Source of the DNA: a virus
Taxonomy: Duplodnaviria; Heunggongvirae; Uroviricota; Caudoviricetes
Direction: 5' to 3' (one strand)
IMG/VR virus record: IMGVR_UViG_2925908680_000005
Span: 1 to 43,384 of that record
Length of the DNA stretch: 43,384 nt
Shown: positions 27,225 to 36,006 of the stretch, one piece after another
Layout: every line of letters begins with the position of its first letter
How positions within the stretch are numbered: the first letter of the stretch is position 1
Position numbers and translations under genes: made by a program
Notes under the pieces: generated by a model
Seen by the model: the letters and a program-made list of their open reading frames with translations, nothing else
Told to the model about the DNA's origin: nothing
Database searches by the model: none

Positions 27225-27926
27225 TTATTTGCCATAGAGCACTTCGGCCGCACTACGCTGGCCTTCATTACCACCGGTGACCATGCCATCTTCAGACATC
27301 GCCTTTCCGATTTTCACGAACGTTTTGACCAGGTCAGGGTGATTACCCAGTCCGGTGGTGTTCAGATATTCTTTGAGCTCAGGTGACCCGAACTGGTCAA
27401 GCGCACGCTGTGCGGCGCTAAGGTTAGAAATCAACTTGTCGCCACCGATTTCTTTGTCAGCTTTTACATCAGCAGCCCACTGCTCGGTCGTTTTCTGCCA
27501 GGCTTCTGCCTGACGCTGCTGCACACCTGCCAGAATCTTCGGATAAGCATCAACCAGCTTTTGCGCTTGCTCGTTGGTCAGGTTAAGTTCTCGCGCCACC
27601 GGCTCGAATTCCTTCAACGCTTCTGTATCCAGCTCTACGCCTTCGGCAGCCTGAAACTCGTACTTCTCCGGCGCACCATCCGGTTTATCGCCGTCCTTTT
27701 TTTCACCCTGCTTATCGCTTTCAGGCTTTTTGTCATCAGCAGGTTTATCGCCATCAGCAACAGGTTGCGGCTTATCACCTTCTTGTTGTGATGGATCACC
27801 AACTGGAGCAGGGTTATCACCTGCAGGCGCTGACGGTTCTGACGCAGCCGGAGCTGCTCCACCATCGACTGGTTGCTCATTGCAAAGACGGCGATACAGC
27901 AAACGCTCAAATAAATTCATGATCAC
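27225..27926 (-). CDS. scaffolding protein
   Basis: 233 aa, acidic low-complexity Pro/Ala/Asp/Lys-rich N-half and helical C-half; between portal and capsid. Confidence 0.6.
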   Translation of the reverse strand: MIMNLFERLLYRRLCNEQPVDGGAAPAASEPSAPAGDNPAPVGDPSQQEGDKPQPVADGDKPADDKKPESDKQGEKKDGDKPDGAPEKYEFQAAEGVELDTEALKEFEPVARELNLTNEQAQKLVDAYPKILAGVQQRQAEAWQKTTEQWAADVKADKEIGGDKLISNLSAAQRALDQFGSPELKEYLNTTGLGNHPDLVKTFVKIGKAMSEDGMVTGGNEGQRSAAEVLYGK

Positions 27927-28219
27927 TCCTGTTCACTGGCCTCTTTGGCCATCTTCAAATACTGTTCAGGGCAATGCGCCATAACGCGCTGAAACAGTTC
28001 CAGCGCCAGATTGCGTTGCCCCTCATTAAATGCCATTGCCATAGCGTCCATCGGTGAGATAGCGGAAAACACACGGCCTTTCTCCAGCACCGACCAGACA
28101 ACGCGACGCCCCTGTTCACTGCTCATGACAAAGCGAATGTCATCAATTTCACGCTGCGCCATGTCACGTTGCTTACGGGCGTTTTCTTCTTTCAGTTGAT
28201 CATCTTCGTAATCTGTCAT
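27923..28219 (-). CDS. small protein between portal and scaffold
   Basis: 98 aa, translationally coupled. Confidence 0.35.
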   Translation of the reverse strand: MTDYEDDQLKEENARKQRDMAQREIDDIRFVMSSEQGRRVVWSVLEKGRVFSAISPMDAMAMAFNEGQRNLALELFQRVMAHCPEQYLKMAKEASEQE

Positions 28220-29895
28220 TGTGATTGCCCACCCTGACCACTAACTGCATTCGCCATAGCTGACAAAACACTCGGATCCGAAGTTTTAGCTTCGCTTAGC
28301 GTCTTGGCACCCTGTGCCGCCGCCATCCCCATCGCCATCATTTGTTGCTGCTGTTGCTGCTGTGCCCGTTGCTGGCGAGCCTGCTCAACCTGTTCCTGAG
28401 GAACAATGACGGTTGGAGACACTCCGGACATATCAGCGAATGCATCGATCGCCTGATCAACGTTGAGTTTGTCGAGAGCTTCTGGTTTCGCTTGCGCAAG
28501 TTGACCAATGAAGTTAACCGTGGACGCCAGACTGGACAGGCCGATAGACTTCTGCGCCTGAGCCATGACGGAAATGTATTCGACCTTCAGGGGCATGCCT
28601 TCCATCGCGTCAGGCGGTGGCGGCAGCATGTTTTTACGCACCATCATCGAGAAAGCGCGGTCAATGAGAGGATTAAGACATTCGTCGTTCAGACGCTCCA
28701 GAACCGGCCCCAACATCAGAAGCTTTTCTTCTTTCATTTCGATCACCGCTTCAACAGGCATTGAGCGGGTATTGATGTTCTGCAACATCATGAACAGATC
28801 GACGAAGTAGGCGCTGTTGATGGTCTGCCGCGTATCCTGGATGTCGCTGATTAAATCCGCAGTGTTAGGGTTAACCTGATAAACAGGCCTTAATCCTTCC
28901 TGTCCAGTCAGTTGATCTACGTATGTGATGCCACCCGGAAGTAACGAAACACTCTGTGTTCTGAGAGTGGTAGGGGCAACCATCGGAGGGTTTGTCACTT
29001 TGTCGATGATCTGCGACTTGCGCTTCTGGAGAAGCTGCAATGCCTTAACAGGTCCAAGCGCCAGCATACCCGGGCATGATGATCCATAAACATCTTCGCC
29101 GTTAACTTCCCAGCGCGGAGCCATAATTGGAAACTCATCGAATCCGGACTCACGCAACAACTTGTCGTTATCGCCACCAACCTCGTAATAAACCGATTTG
29201 AATGGCTTGTTCTTGCTATCCAGCTTCGATGTATCGCGGTCAATGTTCGGGTAAACCGAGTGCATCACTTCAATCCACTTCTCGTAGGTGCCGCTTTCCC
29301 ACATGCTTTTTACGGATTCGCTGACGTTATTTAGCCCGAACTCCTGAACAAGCTGACGAACAGTCATAGAGAACTTGCGAAAACAGGTGTCCACACTGCC
29401 ACGAGGTGAGTTAGCCAGGTAGTAACTGCCTATCGGGAATGGCATTGTGCGAATAATGTCCTCGTCATCCTCCAGCACCGCCATTGCACCAGTGCTGTAT
29501 GTGCCGAGGCTTCCGTATAACTGCGGAAGAGACTGGTAGAGATTCGACTTATTGAACATATCGTTCATGCGGTTCTGCACCGCCTCAAGCCACAACTTAA
29601 CAGGGCCATAATCCATCATTTCAGGATCTGGCGTAGCCAGGCGAAACCACGGACGCACGGGGCTTGTGATGCCTGACATCATGCCGCTGGCGAGAGTGCG
29701 CGCCGCCATAGTCCCGGTCGAATCAATAATACGTGTATTGCGTCGATCGTTACGGTTGACCTCAGAAGTCAGAAAGCGGGAACCACGCGGGTTGATGTAA
29801 TCACTCAACTCGCGCCAGTGCGGATCGAACGATTGACGCTCGCTTTCAAGTTGTGCGAACTGTTTGTTCAATCGCTCTTTAGTTGTTTCCGCCAT
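28216..29895 (-). CDS. portal (head-to-tail connector) protein
   Basis: 559 aa, first large gene of head module, GGAG ribosome-binding site. Confidence 0.75.
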   Translation of the reverse strand: MAETTKERLNKQFAQLESERQSFDPHWRELSDYINPRGSRFLTSEVNRNDRRNTRIIDSTGTMAARTLASGMMSGITSPVRPWFRLATPDPEMMDYGPVKLWLEAVQNRMNDMFNKSNLYQSLPQLYGSLGTYSTGAMAVLEDDEDIIRTMPFPIGSYYLANSPRGSVDTCFRKFSMTVRQLVQEFGLNNVSESVKSMWESGTYEKWIEVMHSVYPNIDRDTSKLDSKNKPFKSVYYEVGGDNDKLLRESGFDEFPIMAPRWEVNGEDVYGSSCPGMLALGPVKALQLLQKRKSQIIDKVTNPPMVAPTTLRTQSVSLLPGGITYVDQLTGQEGLRPVYQVNPNTADLISDIQDTRQTINSAYFVDLFMMLQNINTRSMPVEAVIEMKEEKLLMLGPVLERLNDECLNPLIDRAFSMMVRKNMLPPPPDAMEGMPLKVEYISVMAQAQKSIGLSSLASTVNFIGQLAQAKPEALDKLNVDQAIDAFADMSGVSPTVIVPQEQVEQARQQRAQQQQQQQMMAMGMAAAQGAKTLSEAKTSDPSVLSAMANAVSGQGGQSQ

Positions 29896-29909
29896 TTCAA
29901 TGACTCCGG

Positions 29910-30116
29910 TTACTGACCAAGCAGCGTTTTACCGCTGGTATTAGCGGTTGATGTGTCGCCCTGAGAACCGGTAAGCAGCGTAGAACTACGACCAGCAGCA
30001 GCGCGACGGCGACGTGTTTCTTCGTCGCGGGCATCAACAACAGCGGCATCCTGCTCCTGTGGTGCTGCCTGAACTTCTGGTGTTGCAGGCACTGATGGTG
30101 AGCTACCCATGCACAT
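29910..30116 (-). CDS. small protein upstream of portal
   Basis: 68 aa; its ribosome-binding context (TCAATGACTCCG) is a 12-bp direct repeat of the portal gene's. Confidence 0.4.
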   Translation of the reverse strand: MCMGSSPSVPATPEVQAAPQEQDAAVVDARDEETRRRRAAAGRSSTLLTGSQGDTSTANTSGKTLLGQ

Positions 30117-30184
30117 ATCAATGACTCCGTACGCAATTAAATTATTACCAATTTAACCACATATGATTTATTTATCGTAGATAG

Positions 30185-30221
30185 TTGACATTTAACGCAC
30201 AAATTATTACCTTTCAGGTAA
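30185..30221 (+). promoter_or_regulatory. candidate promoter (TTGACA at 30185-30190) with perfect operator palindrome TTACC TTTCA GGTAA at 30207-30221, upstream of the tRNA leader
   Basis: read directly; -10 element is weak or ambiguous. Confidence 0.4.
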
Positions 30222-30543
30222 CTAAAGAGTTCATTCCGGTTACTAACCTGACTGGCTTGTCGTTAAATTGAACAGGTGGAGTGAGCTTTTGTTTTGAGCA
30301 GTACGGCGTATGGCACATGCGCCGATAGCGGTCTGGATACGTTTAAGGGGCACCCTCCCTTGCTCGGGCAAACGAACCAGGTAGCCGGAATGTGCAAGTC
30401 GAGCGGTTTTATTCCGCGCACGGGGATTCACCATCCCGGCGATTCGGTGTGACGCCTCGGAAGAGACGAGGGTACAACGATGAGAGCATTTATGGAGCCG
30501 CGACAAAGTGTGGCGCCTTAACAGGCTAAGTGCTCTCAGCGTT

Positions 30544-30620
30544 GTGGCATTAGCTCAGTTGGACAGAGCAACCGCCTTCTAAGCGGTTGGTCGCAGGTTC
30601 GAATCCTGCATGCCACGCCA
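30544..30620 (+). tRNA. tRNA-Arg (anticodon UCU), phage-encoded
   Basis: cloverleaf folded by hand: 7-bp acceptor GTGGCAT/ATGCCAC, D-arm GCTC-AGTTGGACA-GAGC, anticodon stem ACCGC/GCGGT with loop CTTCTAA, T-arm GCAGG-TTCGAAT-CCTGC, discriminator G, encoded CCA. Confidence 0.85.
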
Positions 30621-30663
30621 GAATCACGCCTAAGGACCGTGATGCCAGAAGTTCCAGGTGCTT

Positions 30664-30705
30664 GGCGGTGATGGTTTCCCTTGAAGGACTATCACCGCCC
30701 TTTTT
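30664..30705 (+). terminator. intrinsic terminator 1 downstream of tRNA
   Basis: GGCGGTGAT...ATCACCGCC stem followed by CTTTTT. Confidence 0.5.
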
Positions 30706-30783
30706 ACAGCAGGACGCCATTGCGATGACTTCATGCTGTAAACCAGTACAGCCACGGAAGGCATAACTCATTGCTTCCAGTTC

Positions 30784-30807
30784 GCCCGGTTCGCCGGGCA
30801 TTTTTTT
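30784..30807 (+). terminator. intrinsic terminator 2 downstream of tRNA
   Basis: GCCCGG-TTCG-CCGGGC stem then ATTTTTTT. Confidence 0.7.
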
Positions 30808-30850
30808 AAGGTGTGAATCATGAAATACGAATTCGATGGATTTTGATGTC

Positions 30851-30862
30851 GTGACATGTCAC
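30851..30862. repeat. palindrome GTGACATGTCAC (copy 2 of 3; 14-mer CGTGACATGTCACA)
   Basis: read directly. Confidence 0.7.
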
Positions 30863-30866
30863 AAAC

Positions 30867-30893
30867 AGCCAGCCGATGAGCTGGCTTTGTTTT
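30867..30893 (+). terminator. intrinsic terminator 3 downstream of tRNA
   Basis: AGCCAGC-CGATGA-GCTGGCT stem then TTGTTTTA. Confidence 0.55.
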
Positions 30894-30936
30894 ATCCTCA
30901 CCAGAGGATATCAGCAGCATTATCCCCTCCAGAGGA

Positions 30937-32412
30937 TTAAGCATAGGGATCGTAATCTGTAATGGCCTTGCCTTGCTGGTTCTGCTGACCGGGAATTCGC
31001 AGACGCTTCGACACCGGGAAAGCAAACGTCAGCAGTAGCGCATCGCCTTTACCCGGCGAACGCCCAAGCCGCTCCTTGATATCTTCCTTCGGTTCGATAA
31101 CGATTTTACCGTCCACGCGAACTTTGTACTCTGCCGCCGACAGGTCATCCGCTGTTTCCTGGTCATCCAGCATGCCGCCCAGCCTCAGCCATGTCTTGCA
31201 TGCATTGAACATCTCCCCACGCTTGTTAAGCATCTGCGGGTCAGTGGACGCACCGCCGAACGGAACAAGTTGCCATGTACGTCCCCAGCCATCACCGATT
31301 GACTTCAGACCAGTTCCGTAACCGAAGTCGATGAACACCGCGTCAGCCAGGTACTGGTCTTCAAAGTCAGCGATACGCTTCGCCATAATCAGATCGTCAG
31401 TGGTCTTGTTGCCAGTCCACAGCACCTTACTGTGCAGCCCCTGCCGCAGGTATATCACAGCGTCATCAACGCCGGAATATGCCGGGTCAACGCCGATTAT
31501 CACCGGAGCATGTGCAACCTGCGCAGCGGTTACCACCCGTTTCATTGCCTCGTCAGTAAGGCCGGTAGGGATAAACTGCAATTCAGATGCATCAGGGAAT
31601 ATGCCACGCACACGGATTTTAACGAAGTCGCTGTCTTCCCCGTAGTCATCAACCCATTTCTGCAACTGCTGTTTGTTAGTGCCTTCCACCGTCCGGCTGT
31701 CAATCTGCGCAGTTTTCCAGCGGTGTTTATATTTGCGGAAACATTCGCGAAAACGCCCGGTGTTACGTGTAGGGTTTCCGAACGCCACCCAGATAATCTC
31801 AGTGTCTTCGTCCGTAAGCGCACCCTCAGCGACTTCCCACACCAGATCCGCAATGTTCGACGCTTCATCGAATACCACGATGATGCGTTTGCGCTCGTTG
31901 TGTAGTCCGGCGAATGCCTCAGTGTTGTGCTCAGACCAGGGGATTGCGTCAGCTCGCCACCGCTTGTCGTGCCCAGGGTCATTGCTGTACATCGCGGTAG
32001 CGGTACAGGTAAACCAGTCTTTCGTGATAGCAAGGTTCGACCACTTGATAATTTCCGGCCAGGTCTTCGTTCGTAGCTGGTTGTCGGTGTTGGCGGTCAC
32101 CACGACCTTACAATCCTCGCAAGTGGACATGCCCCAGTTGATCAGCATTGAGATGAATGCGGATTTACCAATACCGTGACCAGAAGCACGTGCCAGCATA
32201 AGCGGCTGATAACGCGTCTCTGGATTCTGCAGGTGATCACGTATCTCTCGGAACGCATCAGCCTGCCACTGACGTGGGCCGGTGGCATGTGCCAGTTCAG
32301 TCCCCTCTTCCCCCCACGGGAACGCATAGAGGGCATAGCCAAGCGGATCGTGAGTGAACCCTGCAATATCCTCGATCAACTGCTCTTCAGGAGATAACGC
32401 TGTATCTGTCAC
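30937..32412 (-). CDS. terminase large subunit
   Basis: 491 aa with ATPase-type N-half and nuclease-type C-half; overlaps small subunit gene stop. Confidence 0.85.
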   Translation of the reverse strand: MTDTALSPEEQLIEDIAGFTHDPLGYALYAFPWGEEGTELAHATGPRQWQADAFREIRDHLQNPETRYQPLMLARASGHGIGKSAFISMLINWGMSTCEDCKVVVTANTDNQLRTKTWPEIIKWSNLAITKDWFTCTATAMYSNDPGHDKRWRADAIPWSEHNTEAFAGLHNERKRIIVVFDEASNIADLVWEVAEGALTDEDTEIIWVAFGNPTRNTGRFRECFRKYKHRWKTAQIDSRTVEGTNKQQLQKWVDDYGEDSDFVKIRVRGIFPDASELQFIPTGLTDEAMKRVVTAAQVAHAPVIIGVDPAYSGVDDAVIYLRQGLHSKVLWTGNKTTDDLIMAKRIADFEDQYLADAVFIDFGYGTGLKSIGDGWGRTWQLVPFGGASTDPQMLNKRGEMFNACKTWLRLGGMLDDQETADDLSAAEYKVRVDGKIVIEPKEDIKERLGRSPGKGDALLLTFAFPVSKRLRIPGQQNQQGKAITDYDPYA

Positions 32413-33005
32413 TGATTACCATCCTGACGTTCTTTGAGTCGCTTCCTGGCTGCTGCTATGCGATCAGCAATTGTCACATTCACATTAACATCCAGACGTT
32501 CTTTGAACGCGTTGACATCAACATGCTTACCAATCAGCTCAAGGTTCTTCACCTTGTCAGGCCATTTAATTTTTTTGAGGATTGTCTCTATCGAATCCTC
32601 GTTCATGTTCATGATGGTCGATGACAGATCAAAGCCGCTAAGCGTAGTGCGCCAGATTTTCGGCCACTCGCGGATTGGCTTAAGGCTCCCATCGTCGTTG
32701 AGGATGTCGATCACGTCCATCTGGTCGATCTCCACCAGGCGCCTGAGAACGTAATCAGCACTGACGCGCATTCGTTTGTTGCGCTCCTCCATCAGCTCGG
32801 CAATCCGTTTTTGAATGCGTTCATCGCGCATCATGACACTGGCTTTAACTGCCGCTGTATTTGGGGAGAATCCTGCGTTAATCGCTGCCTGAGTCTGGTT
32901 TTCAGGCGTTTTGATGTATGACTGGCAATAAGCCTCCTGCATTGCTGTTAGTGGCTTAAATTGCGTTGATTTACGTTTATAGGTTTTAGGTTCAGCAGGC
33001 ATCAT
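32409..33005 (-). CDS. terminase small subunit
   Basis: ORF track extends to 33083, but the first 26 codons are low-complexity and overlap a repeat/operator, so the start was taken at the internal Met pair (MMPAEPKTYKRK). Confidence 0.6.
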   Translation of the reverse strand: MMPAEPKTYKRKSTQFKPLTAMQEAYCQSYIKTPENQTQAAINAGFSPNTAAVKASVMMRDERIQKRIAELMEERNKRMRVSADYVLRRLVEIDQMDVIDILNDDGSLKPIREWPKIWRTTLSGFDLSSTIMNMNEDSIETILKKIKWPDKVKNLELIGKHVDVNAFKERLDVNVNVTIADRIAAARKRLKERQDGNQ

Positions 33006-33022
33006 AACCACCGTGGTAATAG

Positions 33023-33037
33023 TTACCGTTGTGGTAA
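33023..33037. promoter_or_regulatory. perfect operator palindrome TTACC GTTGT GGTAA at the head of the packaging/late operon, within a short direct repeat (GTGGTAATAGT x2)
   Basis: read directly. Confidence 0.55.
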
Positions 33038-33115
33038 TAGTACCATGCAAAATAAAGCCGCCATAGTTGGCGGCAGTATTCAAAACCCATCAAATTCATC
33101 ATGCATAATCTACTC

Positions 33116-33127
33116 GTGACATGTCAC
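33116..33127. repeat. palindrome GTGACATGTCAC (copy 3 of 3; 14-mer CGTGACATGTCACA)
   Basis: read directly, between the 33124 gene stop and terminase small subunit. Confidence 0.7.
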
Positions 33128-33465
33128 ACTATTAATTTCGTTTCATGCCAGCCTTTAGTCACCCAGCATTGCGAGTCACCATTGCACGGGAATGAATTCA
33201 CAGGAACTCTCTCGCCGCACTTACCGCAACGTTTTCTGCTGATCGATTTTATACGCCCGCGCACGCGTGCATCATCCTGGCGGATCAGTAACGCTATATA
33301 CTCACCAAATTCGTAAGGCGCACGCCCGGGGCGACGCGTGGCACAGTTACGCTCCAGCATTTCAATTTCCTGAGCATCAAGCACAATCTCCAGCTTACGC
33401 ACACCAGATGCAGCTTGTCTGGCTCTCTGAGCGGCTTTGCGCTCTGCTGCTGATTTAGCCATCAA
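33124..33465 (-). CDS. hypothetical protein with C-terminal Cys-rich zinc-ribbon-like segment (possible regulator)
   Basis: 113 aa; CGKCG...CNGDSQC; immediately upstream of terminase genes. Confidence 0.4.
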   Translation of the reverse strand: MMAKSAAERKAAQRARQAASGVRKLEIVLDAQEIEMLERNCATRRPGRAPYEFGEYIALLIRQDDARVRGRIKSISRKRCGKCGERVPVNSFPCNGDSQCWVTKGWHETKLIV

Positions 33466-33736
33466 TATTTACCTTTATCGCGAACACCTTTACCGGTTTA
33501 TCACCGAAGTGCGGATGTGTGATTGTCTTGATTTCATATCCGTCATACGGGACATCAATTCTGCGACTGAAGTCGTCGCGCTTCGGATATCCCTTTGTGA
33601 TAATCAGGCGGTCATACTCCCGGAACATAATTCGCTTATTCCAGTAGTCATTACACAGGCGATACTCTTCTGTTTTCTCCCCGCGAATCATGGCATCGAA
33701 GTATTCACCTTTGACAGCAAGCTGTAGGTTAGCCAT
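33455..33736 (-). CDS. hypothetical protein, possibly ASCH/PUA-like
   Basis: about 93 aa from MANLQLAVKGEYFDAMIRGEKTEEYR; family assignment is from memory only. Confidence 0.3.
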   Translation of the reverse strand: MANLQLAVKGEYFDAMIRGEKTEEYRLCNDYWNKRIMFREYDRLIITKGYPKRDDFSRRIDVPYDGYEIKTITHPHFGDKPVKVFAIKVNIDG

Positions 33737-33996
33737 TACCGCACCTCCAGTCTCCATACCGCCTGACCAATCCGGCTGGCATAGGTATCTTTGGATACTG
33801 TTCCGTCTTTAGCCATTTCCATAAGAATTTTGCGCAAATCTGCCGAACGCCATTCTTCATCAGGAAATTCCTTCTCCATTGCCAACCGCAGATTCCAGGT
33901 TGCTATCGTGAATGGATATTCCCCGCCGAGAGCTTTATCTTGCAGGGCAGCACGGGAACGCATCACCTGCAAAACCTTCTCTTTTACATCCATCAT
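33736..33996 (-). CDS. hypothetical protein
   Basis: 86 aa ORF in the same operon. Confidence 0.35.
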   Translation of the reverse strand: MMDVKEKVLQVMRSRAALQDKALGGEYPFTIATWNLRLAMEKEFPDEEWRSADLRKILMEMAKDGTVSKDTYASRIGQAVWRLEVR

Positions 33997-34568
33997 TTTG
34001 CCTCCTGCGGCGGTTCTGGTAACGGCATCCAGTGAGTTACGTCATCCAAGATATTTCCTGATAAATACGTGAAAGCCCTATATTTTTTGTAATCAATTGG
34101 ATTTACAACCCAGTTCCAATATGCGGCCACGATTTCACCTTGACTAAATGCCAGTAACATTTTGGTGTCTTCCGGCATTCGCTCACTACAGCTTATCCAA
34201 CCATCAGGAGTTACCGGAGAGTTGCCTGATAGCTCGTTCAACTTGTAAGTTTGGCTTACAGGTTCGGCTCCCAGTTCCGCTATGCGCTTTTTTGCTGTTT
34301 CCAGTTCGTTCAGCAGTGTTAGCACGGTAGCCGGATTGGCTGCGGCGATGAATTCAGCATTGGCCTGCTGTTCCATTTGGAAATCTTCATCGAAACCGCT
34401 TTCAGGATGCGCTCCTTCAATTCTGCAAATGGGGATATATCCAGCAGCCTCGCGATGAATTAGCGCATCATCACCATCAAATCGGCCCTCTCCATATTCG
34501 AGCGACCACTCGCCACACGTTGCTTTTTCTGCCTTAGCACGCAGTGCCTGATAGTCAATCTTGTTCAC
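33993..34568 (-). CDS. Ead/Ea22-like protein with C-terminal DUF551-like tail
   Basis: N-region DYQALRAKAEKATCGEWSLEYG...AAANPATVLTLLNELE is typical Ea22-like; C-terminus ends WMPLPEPP; probable GTG start at 34568 with GGGAGA ribosome-binding site (ORF track extends to 34649). Confidence 0.5.
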   Translation of the reverse strand: MNKIDYQALRAKAEKATCGEWSLEYGEGRFDGDDALIHREAAGYIPICRIEGAHPESGFDEDFQMEQQANAEFIAAANPATVLTLLNELETAKKRIAELGAEPVSQTYKLNELSGNSPVTPDGWISCSERMPEDTKMLLAFSQGEIVAAYWNWVVNPIDYKKYRAFTYLSGNILDDVTHWMPLPEPPQEAK

Positions 34569-34857
34569 TGGTTGTCTCCCTTGCTGGGCTTTCGAATGTA
34601 TCAAACTCAAACAACTTAACCACGTCATCAAACAGGACATAATCGCCATCAGAATCTTCAGTCATGTCAGCGCCACAATCCTGACCGAACGAGTCACAAC
34701 CATCCATATCAAGCTCGTATCGCTTGAGTTTTGCGATATTTGATAAATTCAGCGCCAGTACAGCCAGGTCATAAACCTCTTCGGCAGTGACATCGCTGTT
34801 CAGTCCCATTTCATGGCGATATATGATTTTTTCTACTCGTTGTTTTGTGATTGTCAT
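34555..34857 (-). CDS. hypothetical acidic protein
   Basis: 100 aa. Confidence 0.35.
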   Translation of the reverse strand: MTITKQRVEKIIYRHEMGLNSDVTAEEVYDLAVLALNLSNIAKLKRYELDMDGCDSFGQDCGADMTEDSDGDYVLFDDVVKLFEFDTFESPARETTSEQD

Positions 34858-35336
34858 TTTTGCTCGCCTCCCTGTTCTTCCAGAAAAATACGCATAGTCT
34901 CAAGCATCTCTTCGGTGTCATACGGTGACAACTTGTCACGCAGGATGTGTTCAATGCTGTTAATGAACTTGCGGATTGCTTTGCGTTCAATTTCAGCCAG
35001 GAAAGCATCGGTGGCTGGTGCTTCTGGTGCGTGCATAATTGCGACCACCATTGCGTCATGCATACAGTCAATGTTGCAACAGCCAACTGCTTCTGCTGTT
35101 TTGAACTCACGATACATGTTTTTGAACGCATCTGTTTTACACCATGCGTTTATGTCCTTAAATGCCGCATTCTCCGCCGCCAGCGCATTAGCACGCACCA
35201 GTTGCACTTCCAGTTGCGTTGCCAAATCGCTGATCAGCTTTGCCACACTACGCATATCAACGGCACCACATTCAGCTTTCAGTTCCGAAGCCATCTCATG
35301 CCCGGCGGCAACTAACCCTTTGATATTACTTTCCAT
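34854..35336 (-). CDS. hypothetical protein
   Basis: 160 aa. Confidence 0.35.
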   Translation of the reverse strand: MESNIKGLVAAGHEMASELKAECGAVDMRSVAKLISDLATQLEVQLVRANALAAENAAFKDINAWCKTDAFKNMYREFKTAEAVGCCNIDCMHDAMVVAIMHAPEAPATDAFLAEIERKAIRKFINSIEHILRDKLSPYDTEEMLETMRIFLEEQGGEQK

Positions 35337-35397
35337 CTTTACCCTCGCTTATCCACATAACTTATTGATTACATTGATAACTAAAAAGATCGTCGAT

Positions 35398-36006
35398 TCA
35401 TGCCGATCTATTTTTCATCAGTGATTCATAAAACTTTTGCCACTTATGCCGACCGAAATTAGCCTTCGAGTTACAGCTAGAACAAAGGCAAATAAGGTTC
35501 TCCTGACGACAGTCTTGCTTGTCGTAATTGATGTGATGAGTTGTTAGCCTTTTGTCTGTTCCATCACAACCTGGGTTCTGACAAGTAAAACCATCTCGCT
35601 CAATAACCCTCTTGCTCGTTTCTCGGAAATCCCACGGATACGGCAATCTCGATAATCCACCAGACCAGTTTGGATTTCCTTCCCCCTTCATCAGAGAAGA
35701 ACGCATTATGTTGGAACACTGTTTCGAGCAGCATTTATGACGCTTCTCATGACTCAAGAAAACGGAGAACGAAGATCCGCATACGCAGCATATTTTTAAT
35801 ACTCGCTTTAGTTCCCGATTTACCGTCTTGCCTCGCTGTGAAATTCCTACACACTGAAGTGAGCAGAACCTTGAAGATGAGTTGGCTCGCTTAACCTGAT
35901 ATTGCCTGCCACATACGGAGCAAACCTTTTCGATTTTCCCACCCTTCCAATTCGGGTTTTTATCACCGGATACAATCAATCCCGCAGCATTGGGCTTCTC
36001 GCTCAT
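35398..36006 (-). CDS. HNH endonuclease
   Basis: 202 aa, Cys-rich with HNH-like signature (HHINYDK...N...CxxCN); AT-rich codon usage. Confidence 0.65.
   Translation of the reverse strand: MSEKPNAAGLIVSGDKNPNWKGGKIEKVCSVCGRQYQVKRANSSSRFCSLQCVGISQRGKTVNRELKRVLKICCVCGSSFSVFLSHEKRHKCCSKQCSNIMRSSLMKGEGNPNWSGGLSRLPYPWDFRETSKRVIERDGFTCQNPGCDGTDKRLTTHHINYDKQDCRQENLICLCSSCNSKANFGRHKWQKFYESLMKNRSA

Noticed and set aside
29897-30136. 79-aa alternative-frame ORF upstream of portal
   Set aside because: The overlapping 29910-30116 frame has a GGAG ribosome-binding site duplicated from the portal gene and a more plausible composition; this frame is His/Arg/Leu-rich.
30243-30506. 87-aa Arg-rich minus-strand ORF in the tRNA leader
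   Set aside because: Highly basic low-complexity translation with no ribosome-binding site; the region is more plausibly non-coding leader RNA.
30544-30620. tRNA-Arg as the host attB for this prophage
   Set aside because: The integrase is about 25 kb away and the tRNA is flanked on both sides by functionally continuous phage genes (portal and terminase), so it is a phage-borne tRNA rather than an integration junction.
30736-30751. Second LexA-like site (CTGT-AAACCAGT-ACAG)
   Set aside because: Matches only the CTGT/ACAG half-sites, with a GC-containing spacer; a single such match is expected by chance in 43 kb.
30550-30801. 83-aa minus-strand ORF
   Set aside because: Overlaps the tRNA-Arg gene and its terminators on the opposite strand.
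33006-33083. 5' extension of the terminase small subunit ORF
   Set aside because: The first 26 codons translate a Thr/Val-rich low-complexity stretch across a direct repeat and operator; the internal Met pair is a more plausible start.
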